DNA from: a candidate division FCPU426 bacterium
GTDB taxonomy: Bacteria > Oederibacteriota > PGYV01 > Palsa-1178
NCBI GenBank assembly: GCA_963840035.1
Contig: CAWIXE010000001.1
Location: forward strand, 640,001-704,000
Reading direction: 5' to 3'
DNA: 64,000 nt
Position numbers and translations under genes: made by a program
In this document: positions 50,367-59,401 of the stretch, piece by piece
Layout of the letters: each line of letters starts with the position of its first letter
Position numbering within the stretch: position 1 is the first letter of the stretch
The notes under the pieces: model-generated
Databases searched by the model: none
The model's input: only the letters and a program-made list of their open reading frames with translations
What the model was told of the DNA's origin: nothing

Positions 50367-52178
50367 ATGCTTCAGGTAAACGAACTTTCGCTTTCATTCG
50401 GCGAAGATGAGATCTTAAATAACATAAGCTTTAACATACACGGCGGCGAGCGCATAGGGCTGGTTGGAAGGAACGGTTCCGGCAAAACCACCATTTTCAA
50501 GCTTTTAACCGGCGAGATGACTCCCGACAGCGGCCGCATCATAATCCCAAGGCATTACACCATAGGTTATTTAAAGCAGCACCTTAAATTCAACGAACCG
50601 ACACTCATACAGGAAGCTTGCCTCGGTTTAAAACAGGAAGAACGCAGCCAGATATGGAAAGCCGAAAAAATGCTCGGCGGACTCGGATTCTCGGATGAGG
50701 ATATGTACAAGTCGCCGGCCGAGTTTTCAGGCGGATTCCAGGTGCGCTTAAACCTGGCAAAGGTACTGCTAGCCGAACCGCACCTTCTGCTTCTTGACGA
50801 ACCTACAAATTATCTCGACATCATATCCATCCGCTGGCTGACAAAGTTCCTTCAGCAGAGGGAAAACGAGCTTATGATCATAACCCACGACAGGGACTTC
50901 ATGAACGCGGTCACCACGCATACCATGGGCATATACAGGAAGGGCATAAAAAAGATAGAAGGCCCGACGGATAAACTTTTCTCGCAGATATCCGTGGAAG
51001 ACGAGGTATATGAAAAGACCAGGGTAAAGGACGACAAAAAAAGGGAAGAAGTGGAAAAATTTATAGCGCGTTTCAGGGCGCAGGCAAGCAAGGCCAGCCT
51101 GGTGCAGTCCAAGGTAAAGGCCCTGGAAAAAATGGGGAAGAAGGAAGAAATCGGGAAAGAGGCGTCGCTGGGGTTCAGGTTTAATTACAAGGAATTCCAG
51201 GCAAAGCTGGCCATGCGTGTGGAGCACATATCATTCGGATACACGCCGGAGCGGACGCTGATTAAAGACCTTACATTTGAAATAGGAAAAGACGACCGCA
51301 TCTGCGTCATAGGAAAAAACGGAAAAGGAAAATCAACGCTGTTAAAGCTTCTGGCCAATGAGATGGAACCTAATTCAGGCGTCATAACCCCGCATCCGGT
51401 GTGTTCCATAGGATATTTCGGCCAGACAAATATAGAAAGGCTTAACCAGAAAAATACCGTCGAGCAGGAACTCTGGGCAGTAAAGCCGGACATGGCGTAT
51501 ACCAACGTCAGGGGAGTGGCCGGAGCCATGATGTTCTCAGGGGACGCGGCGCTTAAGGAAATATCGGTATTATCAGGAGGGGAAAAATCAAGGGTGTCGC
51601 TTGGAAAGATTCTCATACACCCGGCAAACCTGCTTTTGCTCGACGAACCCACAAACCACCTGGACATAGAGTCGTGCGACTCAATGATAGACGCGCTGGA
51701 TAAATTTCCAGGAGCTGTAGTAATCGTGACCCACAGTGAAATGTTTTTGCACCACCTGGCCACAAGGCTCATAGTTTTTGACGAGGACAAGGTGACGGTA
51801 TTTGACGGCACATACCAGGACTTTTTAGACAGGATAGGCTGGGAAGAGGAAACACGCAAACCGAAAAAAGAACGCGCAGCCATACTCGCGCCCGCGGAAC
51901 AGCAGGGCGAGAACGCGGATACCCCGAAAAAGAAGAAAAAAAGGCTCGCGGTGCGCATCGCGGCCATAGAAAAAATGATTGACGAGGCAGAGGCCGCCTT
52001 TGAGGAAGTAAACCACAAGCTCGTGGAGGCGTATTCAAAGCCAAGGGCCACCGGCATACAGGAACTGGAAATACAAAGCCATAAATACCAGACGGCAATA
52101 GACGACGGCTACGCGGAATTAGACGGCCTTATAGCCGAGATGGATATACTTGAGAAGGAAGAAAAAAAGGAAGATTGA
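50367..52178 (+). CDS. ABC-F family ATPase
   Basis: Two NBDs (GRNGSGKTT, GKNGKGKST), two LLLLDEPTN, no TM domain. Confidence 0.93.
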   Translation: MLQVNELSLSFGEDEILNNISFNIHGGERIGLVGRNGSGKTTIFKLLTGEMTPDSGRIIIPRHYTIGYLKQHLKFNEPTLIQEACLGLKQEERSQIWKAEKMLGGLGFSDEDMYKSPAEFSGGFQVRLNLAKVLLAEPHLLLLDEPTNYLDIISIRWLTKFLQQRENELMIITHDRDFMNAVTTHTMGIYRKGIKKIEGPTDKLFSQISVEDEVYEKTRVKDDKKREEVEKFIARFRAQASKASLVQSKVKALEKMGKKEEIGKEASLGFRFNYKEFQAKLAMRVEHISFGYTPERTLIKDLTFEIGKDDRICVIGKNGKGKSTLLKLLANEMEPNSGVITPHPVCSIGYFGQTNIERLNQKNTVEQELWAVKPDMAYTNVRGVAGAMMFSGDAALKEISVLSGGEKSRVSLGKILIHPANLLLLDEPTNHLDIESCDSMIDALDKFPGAVVIVTHSEMFLHHLATRLIVFDEDKVTVFDGTYQDFLDRIGWEEETRKPKKERAAILAPAEQQGENADTPKKKKKRLAVRIAAIEKMIDEAEAAFEEVNHKLVEAYSKPRATGIQELEIQSHKYQTAIDDGYAELDGLIAEMDILEKEEKKED

Positions 52179-52239
52179 CGATTGTCAATCTTCGTAATTT
52201 TGTATTTTTAATCCAAAATTTAGAATCCAGAATCTAGAA

Positions 52240-52872
52240 TTACTTTTTTTTAACCGGATACGACTCCGGATGTACCATCCCGAAAGAAGCCACCGATTTC
52301 AAACCCTGCTCTACCGTTATGTCCAGATATGAAAGGTCCTCCACCGGTATGACCGCAATTATGCCCTGGGTGGGCGGGGTAAAGGGGACATACACATGGA
52401 CAGCGGGAACCATGACCCCGTCTTTTTCCACGTTCACCGTGGTTGCCGAAGTGACAAAGCCAAACCTGTTCATTCCGAAAGTCGGGGATTTTATGAGCAC
52501 CACGTCCCTGAATGTATTTTTATCCCCGGCAAAAAGGGAACTGCTTATTTCTTTTAAGGCGTTGAATACATTGCCCAAAAGCGGGATTTTGGAGAATATG
52601 CCTTCATAAACATTGATGGCCCGTTTTACAAAAATATTCCTCGCGAGCATGCCCGTCAGCCAGATAAGGGATAAAAGTACTATTACCCCGATGCCCTTTA
52701 TGTATCCGTCCTCAAGGTATGATCTGAGGATATTCCCCAGTATCTTATCCAGGGCGTTAAAGGCGATAATGGAAAAGTAAATGGTAAGGGCGAGCGGGAG
52801 TATGACGGCGAGCCCCGCAAAAAAATTCTTCATAAGGCCTTCCTGGAATTTCTTAAAGAATGAATCCTGCAT
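52240..52872 (-). CDS. DUF502 family membrane protein
   Basis: FFAGLAVILPL..T, KIPL, F..VVL, GFVT, VYVPFTPPTQG. Confidence 0.85.
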   Translation of the reverse strand: MQDSFFKKFQEGLMKNFFAGLAVILPLALTIYFSIIAFNALDKILGNILRSYLEDGYIKGIGVIVLLSLIWLTGMLARNIFVKRAINVYEGIFSKIPLLGNVFNALKEISSSLFAGDKNTFRDVVLIKSPTFGMNRFGFVTSATTVNVEKDGVMVPAVHVYVPFTPPTQGIIAVIPVEDLSYLDITVEQGLKSVASFGMVHPESYPVKKK

Positions 52873-53063
52873 ATTGGCCTCCTTAAAAACCGTTTTAATT
52901 ATTTTACATTGTCCGGGCGGGAAAGCAAGAGAATATGGGAGGAGGAGAGGGAGAGACAGGAGATAGGAGACAAGAGACAAGAGACAGGAGGCAGTAGTAA
53001 GACAAATAACAACGTATTACTCCAGTCTCTTGTCTCCTATCTCCTGTCTCACGCAAATTTTTC

Positions 53064-53112
53064 TTGACTTTATAGTATACAAGATGTATACTTTACACAA
53101 ATAAAGTATACA
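53064..53112 (+). promoter_or_regulatory. Promoter with overlapping GTATAC-based inverted repeats (operator candidate)
   Basis: TTGACT-17-TATACT; AGTATACA-AGA-TGTATACT and TGTATACTTTA-N6-TAAAGTATACA. Confidence 0.6.
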
Positions 53113-53131
53113 GAACAAAAAGGAGGCTTAC

Positions 53132-53278
53132 ATGAAACTAAACAGCAATGAAAAAGAGGTTATAAGGGAAAGACGGGCTTACAAGGCCCGCAGGCTGCGG
53201 GCTTTCCGCAAGTTAAGGCGCTTAGTGCAGGTCAATGTGAAGTTCGGGGATATTTTTTGGGAATTGAGGGCCTGCTGA
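53132..53278 (+). CDS. 48-aa Arg-rich small protein (not in ORF track)
   Basis: AAAGGAGG RBS; MKLNSNEKEVIRERRAYKARRLRAFRKLRRLVQVNVKFGDIFWELRAC. Confidence 0.55.
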   Translation: MKLNSNEKEVIRERRAYKARRLRAFRKLRRLVQVNVKFGDIFWELRAC

Positions 53279-53327
53279 AAACCGGAATCAGGGGCTTTAT
53301 TAGTAAAAAAAAATATGGAGGGGTCTT

Positions 53328-53594
53328 ATGAGTGAACAGGAAGCAGTTTTTTCAAAGGCAGTAAGTTCGGGAAAGAAAAAGTACTATATGGACGTGAAGA
53401 AAGCCAAGAACGGGAACCTGTACATGACCATCAAGGAAGTCACGATGGGCGATACAGCCGAGGCAAAGGAGCAGCGCAGGATACTTGTTTTTGATGACGC
53501 CATAAAAGATTTTGCGGCGGCTTTTGACGCGGCAAAACAACACATACCCAACAGGGAAAGGGCAAAACCGCCGATGGAAAAAGCGGCGTTTTAA
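53328..53594 (+). CDS. PUR-family (DUF3276) nucleic-acid-binding protein
   Basis: FSKAV..GKKKYYMDVK....GNLY.TI.E...ILVFDD...F. Confidence 0.8.
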   Translation: MSEQEAVFSKAVSSGKKKYYMDVKKAKNGNLYMTIKEVTMGDTAEAKEQRRILVFDDAIKDFAAAFDAAKQHIPNRERAKPPMEKAAF

Positions 53595-53608
53595 AAGGAA
53601 GGGATTTT

Positions 53609-53637
53609 AAAGGCGGCAGGCCGGTCTGCCGCCTTTT
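53609..53637 (+). terminator. Intrinsic terminator
   Basis: AAAGGCGGCAG...CTGCCGCCTTTT. Confidence 0.8.
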
Positions 53638-53935
53638 ACTTTTGTGGGGCGGGGTATAAGGGTAAGGATTAGGGGTTGAGGAGGAAGAAAAAATACTGTA
53701 GAGAGGCGGCTTGCTGCCTCTTTAGGCGGGCACTTTTGTTTTTGTATTCAAGGTCGCAATTTGCGACCTTGAACGATACCCGTTTGAGGTACCAAATTGG
53801 CACCTCAAAGCGGATTATGTCCTAAAATGTTTTGTGGTCGCAAGCCTGCGTTCCACCGGTCTGCGCCTATATTAGGCATTGAAATATGCAATCGAAAGAA
53901 AATCCTGCAAATCTAAAATTTAGGGGGAGATAGGT

Positions 53936-54472
53936 ATGACGGATATGATACCAATCGAAAATATTGCACAGAAGATTTATGTTATAAGGGGACAAAAGGT
54001 AATGTTAGACAGCAATCTTGCGGTGTTTTATGGAGTGGAAACAAAGGTTTTAAATCAGGCGGTAAAAAGAAATCTGGACCGTTTTCCTGAAAACTTTATG
54101 TTTCAATTGTCCATAGAAGAAAGCAGTTCTTTAAGGTCACAAATTGTGACCTTAAACGACACGACTTTGAGGTCACAAATTGTGACCTCAAAGAGAGGAG
54201 GCAGGACATACCTTCCCTACGCTTTTACCGAGCACGGCGTGGTCATGCTATCCAGCGTCCTTAAAAGCAAAAAAGCCGCGCAGGTCAGCATTGCCGTGGT
54301 AAACGCTTTTATTAAGATGAGGGAATACCTGGCAACGCATAAACAGATACTGGACAAGCTAAAAAAACATGACGAGAACTTTGTAATAATTTTTAATTTT
54401 TTAAAGAAATTGTCTGACAAACCGAAACCGCAGCCAAAACAGATAGGTTTCAGGCAGGTGAAGGATTTGTAG
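53936..54472 (+). CDS. ORF6N (KilA-N-like) domain DNA-binding protein
   Basis: IYVIRGQKVMLDSNLA.FYGVETKVLNQAVKRN.DRFP.NFMFQL...LRSQIVT...LPYAFTEHGV.MLSSVL...IGF. Confidence 0.9.
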   Translation: MTDMIPIENIAQKIYVIRGQKVMLDSNLAVFYGVETKVLNQAVKRNLDRFPENFMFQLSIEESSSLRSQIVTLNDTTLRSQIVTSKRGGRTYLPYAFTEHGVVMLSSVLKSKKAAQVSIAVVNAFIKMREYLATHKQILDKLKKHDENFVIIFNFLKKLSDKPKPQPKQIGFRQVKDL

Positions 54473-55019
54473 TCGCAGGCCTGCGTATCATCGGCCTGCG
54501 CCTATTCAAGTAATAGAAGGACGCAGCCCATCGAAAGTTAACCAACGCGCGCTACAATCATAAAGGACTTCATATAAGGCTAAGGTTTAGGGGTTAAGGA
54601 GGAAGAAAGATATTCCGTAGAGACGCCACCCGCTCATGGCCCTGAGTGAATCGAAGGTCGGGTCCCGTCTCTACGAAATACATGCGGATTGCATTTGGTA
54701 TTAATATTTATAATCACTGTAGAGAGGCGGCTTGCTGCCTCTCAAGGCAGGCACTGCGTCTGAGAGGGGGCAAGCCCCCTCTCTACAATTACATGTTTTT
54801 TAAGGTCACAAAATGAGACCTTAAACGAAGCTTCATTGAAGTCACAATCTGTGACCTCAAACAAGTACCCATTTGAGGTGCCAAATTGACACCTCAAACC
54901 GCAGGCAAAACATATATGCTTCAGGCAGGTAAAAGACGGGGAGTAAAAGCAGTGTTTGATATTCCGTTTTAGAATATCAAGTCTCAAGGCTGCGAGACGG
55001 GTACGGGTCTCGTCTCTAC
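54469..55019. repeat. Mosaic of several REP types interleaved with the 27-bp palindromes
   Basis: GTAGTCGCAGGCC (54469), GTAGAGACG.. (54617-54673), GTAGAGAGG.. pair (54719-54786), ..CGTCTCTAC (~54993-55019). Confidence 0.7.
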
Positions 55020-55061
55020 GATTTCTTACGGTTCAAGGTCACAATTTGTGACCTTGAACGT

Positions 55062-55469
55062 TTATTTAACTTTCTCCTTCAAAAACGGCCCCAGTTTTAT
55101 ATCCGTGGTCATGATGTGGTTTATGACCCAGCCTGTGAGCCAGTTGTAGGTCTTTATGACGTCCGCGCTTGTGACCGCCGCGGCACTTAACTTTTCCTTT
55201 TTTTCCAGGAACTCCGCCACCAGTTTTTCATGCTCGGCTTTATGCAACTCATAACCGGGGTAATTGTATTTCTTCATGAGGCCTTCCTCGGTGCCGAAAT
55301 GCACCACGACATAGTCCTGTATGAACTGCAAAACCTGCGTGAGCCTGTCGCGGCCCTTGCCTTCGGCCATGGCGGATAAAAGGGCGTTAACATGGTTTAT
55401 GAGTTCCTTATGCTGGTCGTCTATCAGGTTAAAGTGTACGGACAGGCTTTCTTTCCATTCAGCTCTCAT
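55062..55469 (-). CDS. Bacteriohemerythrin
   Basis: W...LSV....IDDQHKEL, HF..EE.LM....YP....HK.EH, HI...D. Confidence 0.93.
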   Translation of the reverse strand: MRAEWKESLSVHFNLIDDQHKELINHVNALLSAMAEGKGRDRLTQVLQFIQDYVVVHFGTEEGLMKKYNYPGYELHKAEHEKLVAEFLEKKEKLSAAAVTSADVIKTYNWLTGWVINHIMTTDIKLGPFLKEKVK

Positions 55470-55591
55470 AAGCGCCTCCGGGGTTTTAGTCTCATATAAT
55501 TATATTTGCGGGCTGAATCAAAGTCAAGTTTGTATTTTCCGGCAGGAGTGATATAATACTTGCAGGAATAAAATAACGCCATGAGGGACAC

Positions 55592-56560
55592 ATGAAAAAA
55601 ATATGCGCGGTAATGATGCTTTTATTCGCCTTCACAGCACTGCGGGCCTCGGTAGGGATAACTAACGAGGTTTCAGCGGCAAAGGGTTATATTTCCTATA
55701 GCCTCGGCGTTTCAACGGATGACGAACCCTTCTCCATAAACGGCACGCTGGACCTCTCGGGAAGCGAAGGCCATAACTTCACTTTTGGAGCCGGCGCAGG
55801 CGGTTATTACACGGTAAATGATAATCTAAGTTTTAACCTCGGGGTTAACTATACGGGAAATACTTCGTATCCTGTCTATAAGACTATAATAACATTTGCC
55901 AAGGATTATTACGTATCCTATAAGCAGACATTAAAGGCATGGTCCATAAACCCGGGCGTGGACGCTCAAATTGATTTTTTTAAAATTTCGCCGTACTGCG
56001 GCGTGACATTTAACGGGTTGGGCGGATACCTTGAAATAGACGCTGTCCAGGGAGCCGGAAATTACACTAAAAAAATAGCGGAGAGCAATTTTGTGGAATA
56101 CGCGCCGGGCACCGGGATTTCCTTTAAACTTCCCGAGAAGTTCAGGCTTTCAATGGGCGGGACCGTAAACTTTTATAATGTAAACGTCAGGGAGATACTC
56201 GACGCGGGCACATCCACCATCACCGCAAGGTCGCAGACATTAAACCAGGAAGCGTTAAAGACCGCCGTAACTTTTAATGACTTCAGCCTCTCCACAGGGC
56301 TTTCAAAAACAATTGACGACCTGTACCTGAAGGTGTCGCTCAACTACTCAAAATACAGGACGCCCTCCGCCGAGACAGCGTTCGGACACAGCGCGGGAAT
56401 AACGTTGGCGGGTAGCTATGATATCAATGATAACTGCACACTGGGATTAAAGCTGGAAGGCTCCAGGTCATACTACACAGACGGTACTTTTGCCAACAGC
56501 GCGTATATATACCTGGACGCGGATTTTTATATAACAGGGGAAGAAAAAACAGGGGAGTAA
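55592..56560 (+). CDS. Putative outer-membrane beta-barrel protein
   Basis: Signal peptide, alternating Gly/aromatic strands. Confidence 0.6.
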   Translation: MKKICAVMMLLFAFTALRASVGITNEVSAAKGYISYSLGVSTDDEPFSINGTLDLSGSEGHNFTFGAGAGGYYTVNDNLSFNLGVNYTGNTSYPVYKTIITFAKDYYVSYKQTLKAWSINPGVDAQIDFFKISPYCGVTFNGLGGYLEIDAVQGAGNYTKKIAESNFVEYAPGTGISFKLPEKFRLSMGGTVNFYNVNVREILDAGTSTITARSQTLNQEALKTAVTFNDFSLSTGLSKTIDDLYLKVSLNYSKYRTPSAETAFGHSAGITLAGSYDINDNCTLGLKLEGSRSYYTDGTFANSAYIYLDADFYITGEEKTGE

Positions 56561-56610
56561 ACATATGTGTTTTATACGTAGAAAAATAAAACGTTGCTGT
56601 TAAAAACTCA

Positions 56611-57197
56611 AGACGCCCACAAGGGGCGTCTCTAAGGGTTTTGTCATTATTTGGATCTTCAAAAACTTGTAGAGACGGGCCTCGTACCCGTCTAAAACGG
56701 GGTCACAACACGTTGAAAAGCGAGACGCCCACAAGGGGCGTCTCTACGGGTTTTTTACATTAATCGGGCTTTTAAAAACCTGTAGAGACGGGCCTTGTGC
56801 CCGTCTAAAACGGGGTCACAGCGCGTTGAAAAGCGAGACGCCCACGAGGGGCGTCTCTACGGGGTTTTGATATTAATCGAGCCTTTAAAAACCTGTAGAT
56901 ACGGGCCTTGTGCCCGTCTAAAACTGGGTCACAACACGTTGAAAAGCGAGACGCCCACGAGGGGCGTCTCTACGGGTTTTGTCATTATTTGGACCTTCAA
57001 AAACCTGTAGAGACGGGCCTTGTGCCCGTCTAAAACGGGGTCACAACACGTTGAAAAGCGAGACGCCCACAAGGGGCGTCTCTACGGGTTTTGTCATTAT
57101 TTTGACCTTCAAAAACCTGTAGAGACGGGCCTCGTGCCCGTCTAAAACGGGGTCACAGCGCGTTGAAAAGCGAGACGCCCACGAGGGGCGTCTCTAC
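56611..57197. repeat. BIME-like tandem array, ~5.5 x 112-113 bp of paired REPs
   Basis: GTAGAGACGGGCCT.GTGCCCGTCT and GAGACGCCCAC.AGGGGCGTCTCTAC; units at 56669, 56782, 56895, 57007, 57119. Confidence 0.95.
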
Positions 57198-57334
57198 GGG
57201 GTTTTGTTTGATACCTTGGATGTTGCCATTTTAACCACTTGTTTCATTATTTTTTCAAATCCGCTTTATTGACAACATACCCCCCTTATTGTTATAATAA
57301 CTAATACATTTATCCAGTTAAATCAGGAGGGCTT

Positions 57335-57976
57335 ATGGCAACTGCGGTTAAAAAAGAAAAACCTAAAATGTCCCTTGAACAGCTCCAGATCGGGGTTTTT
57401 ATCCTTATCGGCGCTGTAATCGGGGTGATCTTAAGTTTCTTTATTTTTAAGGGAGTATTTGAGGCTTACCTTGCCATGCAGCGCAAGTATATAGACGAAG
57501 ACTGGTCAAAGGTGGAATACTTTACCAACAGGATAACAGACCAGGTTATAAACCTTCGCAAGATGCTCTTGGTGGACAAGGCAAAGGCGGATTATGACAA
57601 GATAGACTCAATAATCGACCTGCGCAGCAGGGTAATCGGCGGCGACACACTGCAGGATAAAATACCGCTCATGAAAGAACTGATAATAAGTTCCGAGGAG
57701 ATAATTTCCTACTATAACAGCAGGATGGACTTAAGAAGGAAGCATTTTACATACATAGAATGGGGCATGGCCACGCAGCCGCTCCTGGAAGAATTCAACG
57801 ACAGCGTAAACGCGTATAATGTTTCCGCTGATGATTTTAACGGCAAGATCCGCATAGTCCCTTATTCGTGGATAGCGGACCTGAAGAAATATAAGAGACT
57901 GCCGCTTGTAAAAGGGCTCTTATTGACATCGGTGCAGACGGCTACTGAAGAGTACACCAAGAAGAAAGAGGAGTAG
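57335..57976 (+). CDS. lemA: LemA family protein
   Basis: N-terminal TM, IDEDWS.VE....R, YN.....FN.KIR.VP.SWIA; promoter TTGACA/TATAAT at 57269-57298. Confidence 0.7.
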   Translation: MATAVKKEKPKMSLEQLQIGVFILIGAVIGVILSFFIFKGVFEAYLAMQRKYIDEDWSKVEYFTNRITDQVINLRKMLLVDKAKADYDKIDSIIDLRSRVIGGDTLQDKIPLMKELIISSEEIISYYNSRMDLRRKHFTYIEWGMATQPLLEEFNDSVNAYNVSADDFNGKIRIVPYSWIADLKKYKRLPLVKGLLLTSVQTATEEYTKKKEE

Positions 57977-58333
57977 CTCTTCGGAGGAAAGTCCGGACTC
58001 CATGAAGCACGGTTCCGGGTGAAAATCCGGGCATGCAGGGGCAATCCTGCATGATGGAAAGTGCAACAGAAAATAACCGCCACGGGTCAAACCGTGGTAA
58101 GGGTGAAAAGGCGGGGTAAGAGCCCACCGCGCTTGACCGTAAGGTCAGCGGCTATGAAAACCCAACCGGGAGCAAGGCCAAATAGAGGGCAAATGCCTGG
58201 ACCCTAACAGGTTCAGGCGGGAACAGTTTCATTCCTTATGCCCGGGTAGGCCGCTTAGAGTAATTGCCGTCACCTGTCACAGCGCAAGCTGCGGCGGGGA
58301 CAGAATCCGGCTTACGCGCCGGTGTCAATAAGA
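57918..58333 (+). ncRNA. rnpB: RNase P RNA (type A)
   Basis: GAGGAAAGTCCGGACTCC, GGAAAGTGCAACAGAAA..ACCGCC, GGGTGAAA.GGCGGGGTAAGAGCCCACCG, GAGCAAGGCCAAATAG, ACAGAATCCGGCTTA; P1 pairs 57918-57935 with 58316-58333. Confidence 0.95.
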
Positions 58334-58346
58334 ACCCTTAAAAACT

Positions 58347-58456
58347 TAAGAGCGTTCGAAGGGCGGAGTTCGGGGTTCGGAGTTGGAAAGGCAAAATGTT
58401 ATGTTTAGCCTTTGTTCGAACTTCGAACCCCGAACTCCACCCTTCGAACGCTTTTA
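58347..58456. repeat. Hairpin element related to the 58-bp/TIR family
   Basis: AGCGTTCGAAGGGCGGAGTTCGGGGTTCG...CGAACCCCGAACTCCACCCTTCGAACGCT. Confidence 0.7.
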
Positions 58457-58470
58457 CATTGAGAGGTTTC

Positions 58471-59277
58471 ATGTACAACCTAACCGACCTTCATCTTCAC
58501 ACAAAGTTTTCATGGGATGCCGAACAGACCATGGAAGAGATAGTTAAAAAAGCCTATAAGGAAGACATTGAGTTTATAGGATTTACAGAACACCTTGACT
58601 TCCATAAAAATCACCCGGACAGTTTCATGTTTCTGGATTATGAGAAGTACACGAAGGCTTTTCACCATGTCAAAAAGGATTTCCCCGGGCTAATCAAAGG
58701 CGTGGAAGTGGGGGAACCGAATTTATATACGGATCTTTATGAGAAGTGGATGGAAGGAAAGGAATTTGACTTTATCATGGCCTCCACCCACTGGATAGAC
58801 GGCGCAACCCCGGTCTTTGAGGAATATTTTAAAAGGTACAAATCATATGACGACGCTTATAAAAAGTATTTTGAGGAATTATACAAGCTCGTTTCATACG
58901 GAAAGTTTGACGTGGCGGCGCACTTAACCCTCGTGCACAGGCAGGGGAAGAACCTGTATAAGGAATACTCCTATGAAAAATACAAAAAGGAACTGGATGA
59001 TATTTTAAAGATAATAATATCCAAAAATATCGCGCTTGAGGTGAACTGCTCGGGTTTAAGGTTCCCTTCAAAGGAACTCATACCTGACGAGGATGTCATA
59101 AAGGCGTATATGAAACTCGGAGGCAATTCGTTCATGATGGGTTCCGACAGCCACAGGGTGAGGGACTCGTTCTTCGGGTTAAATGAGGGGTACGCGGTCT
59201 TAGCGCGGCTGGGTGTAAAGGAAGTTACGATATTTGAGAAACGCAGGCAGGTAAAAGTGCCTTTAATAAAGGAATAA
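58471..59277 (+). CDS. PHP-family histidinol-phosphatase (HisJ-like)
   Basis: DLHLHT.FS.D, FTEHLD, GVEVG, EVNCSG, GSDSH. Confidence 0.85.
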   Translation: MYNLTDLHLHTKFSWDAEQTMEEIVKKAYKEDIEFIGFTEHLDFHKNHPDSFMFLDYEKYTKAFHHVKKDFPGLIKGVEVGEPNLYTDLYEKWMEGKEFDFIMASTHWIDGATPVFEEYFKRYKSYDDAYKKYFEELYKLVSYGKFDVAAHLTLVHRQGKNLYKEYSYEKYKKELDDILKIIISKNIALEVNCSGLRFPSKELIPDEDVIKAYMKLGGNSFMMGSDSHRVRDSFFGLNEGYAVLARLGVKEVTIFEKRRQVKVPLIKE

Positions 59278-59401
59278 AGGCAGTCTCAATAATCTCAATG
59301 ATCTCAGAGGTCTCAATAGGAAATGCAGCGGTTGTAAGCATTTACTATTGAGATCATTGAGGCTTCTGAGATCACTGAGACCGCATTATAAAAGGAGCAA
59401 T

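Larger units (their letters stand above)
53747..55058. repeat. Family of 27-bp palindromes TT(T/C)(A/G)AGGTC(A/G)CAA(A/T)TTG(T/C)GACCT(T/C)(A/G)AA, 8 copies, 2 of them in-frame inside the ORF6N gene
   Basis: Copies at 53747, 53783, 54130, 54166, 54799, 54835, 54872, 55032. Confidence 0.9.

Noticed and set aside
51185..52057. 290-aa minus-strand ORF, and similar long antisense ORFs at 26508-27359 and 34354-35004
   Set aside because: Lie entirely opposite conserved genes; typical codon-bias shadows
53747..55058. Diversity-generating retroelement TR/VR
   Set aside because: No reverse transcriptase in the window; differences are not adenine-specific and largely preserve the palindromes
56611..57197. 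CRISPR array
   Set aside because: Linkers are repeated, not unique; the repeats are paired GTAG REPs
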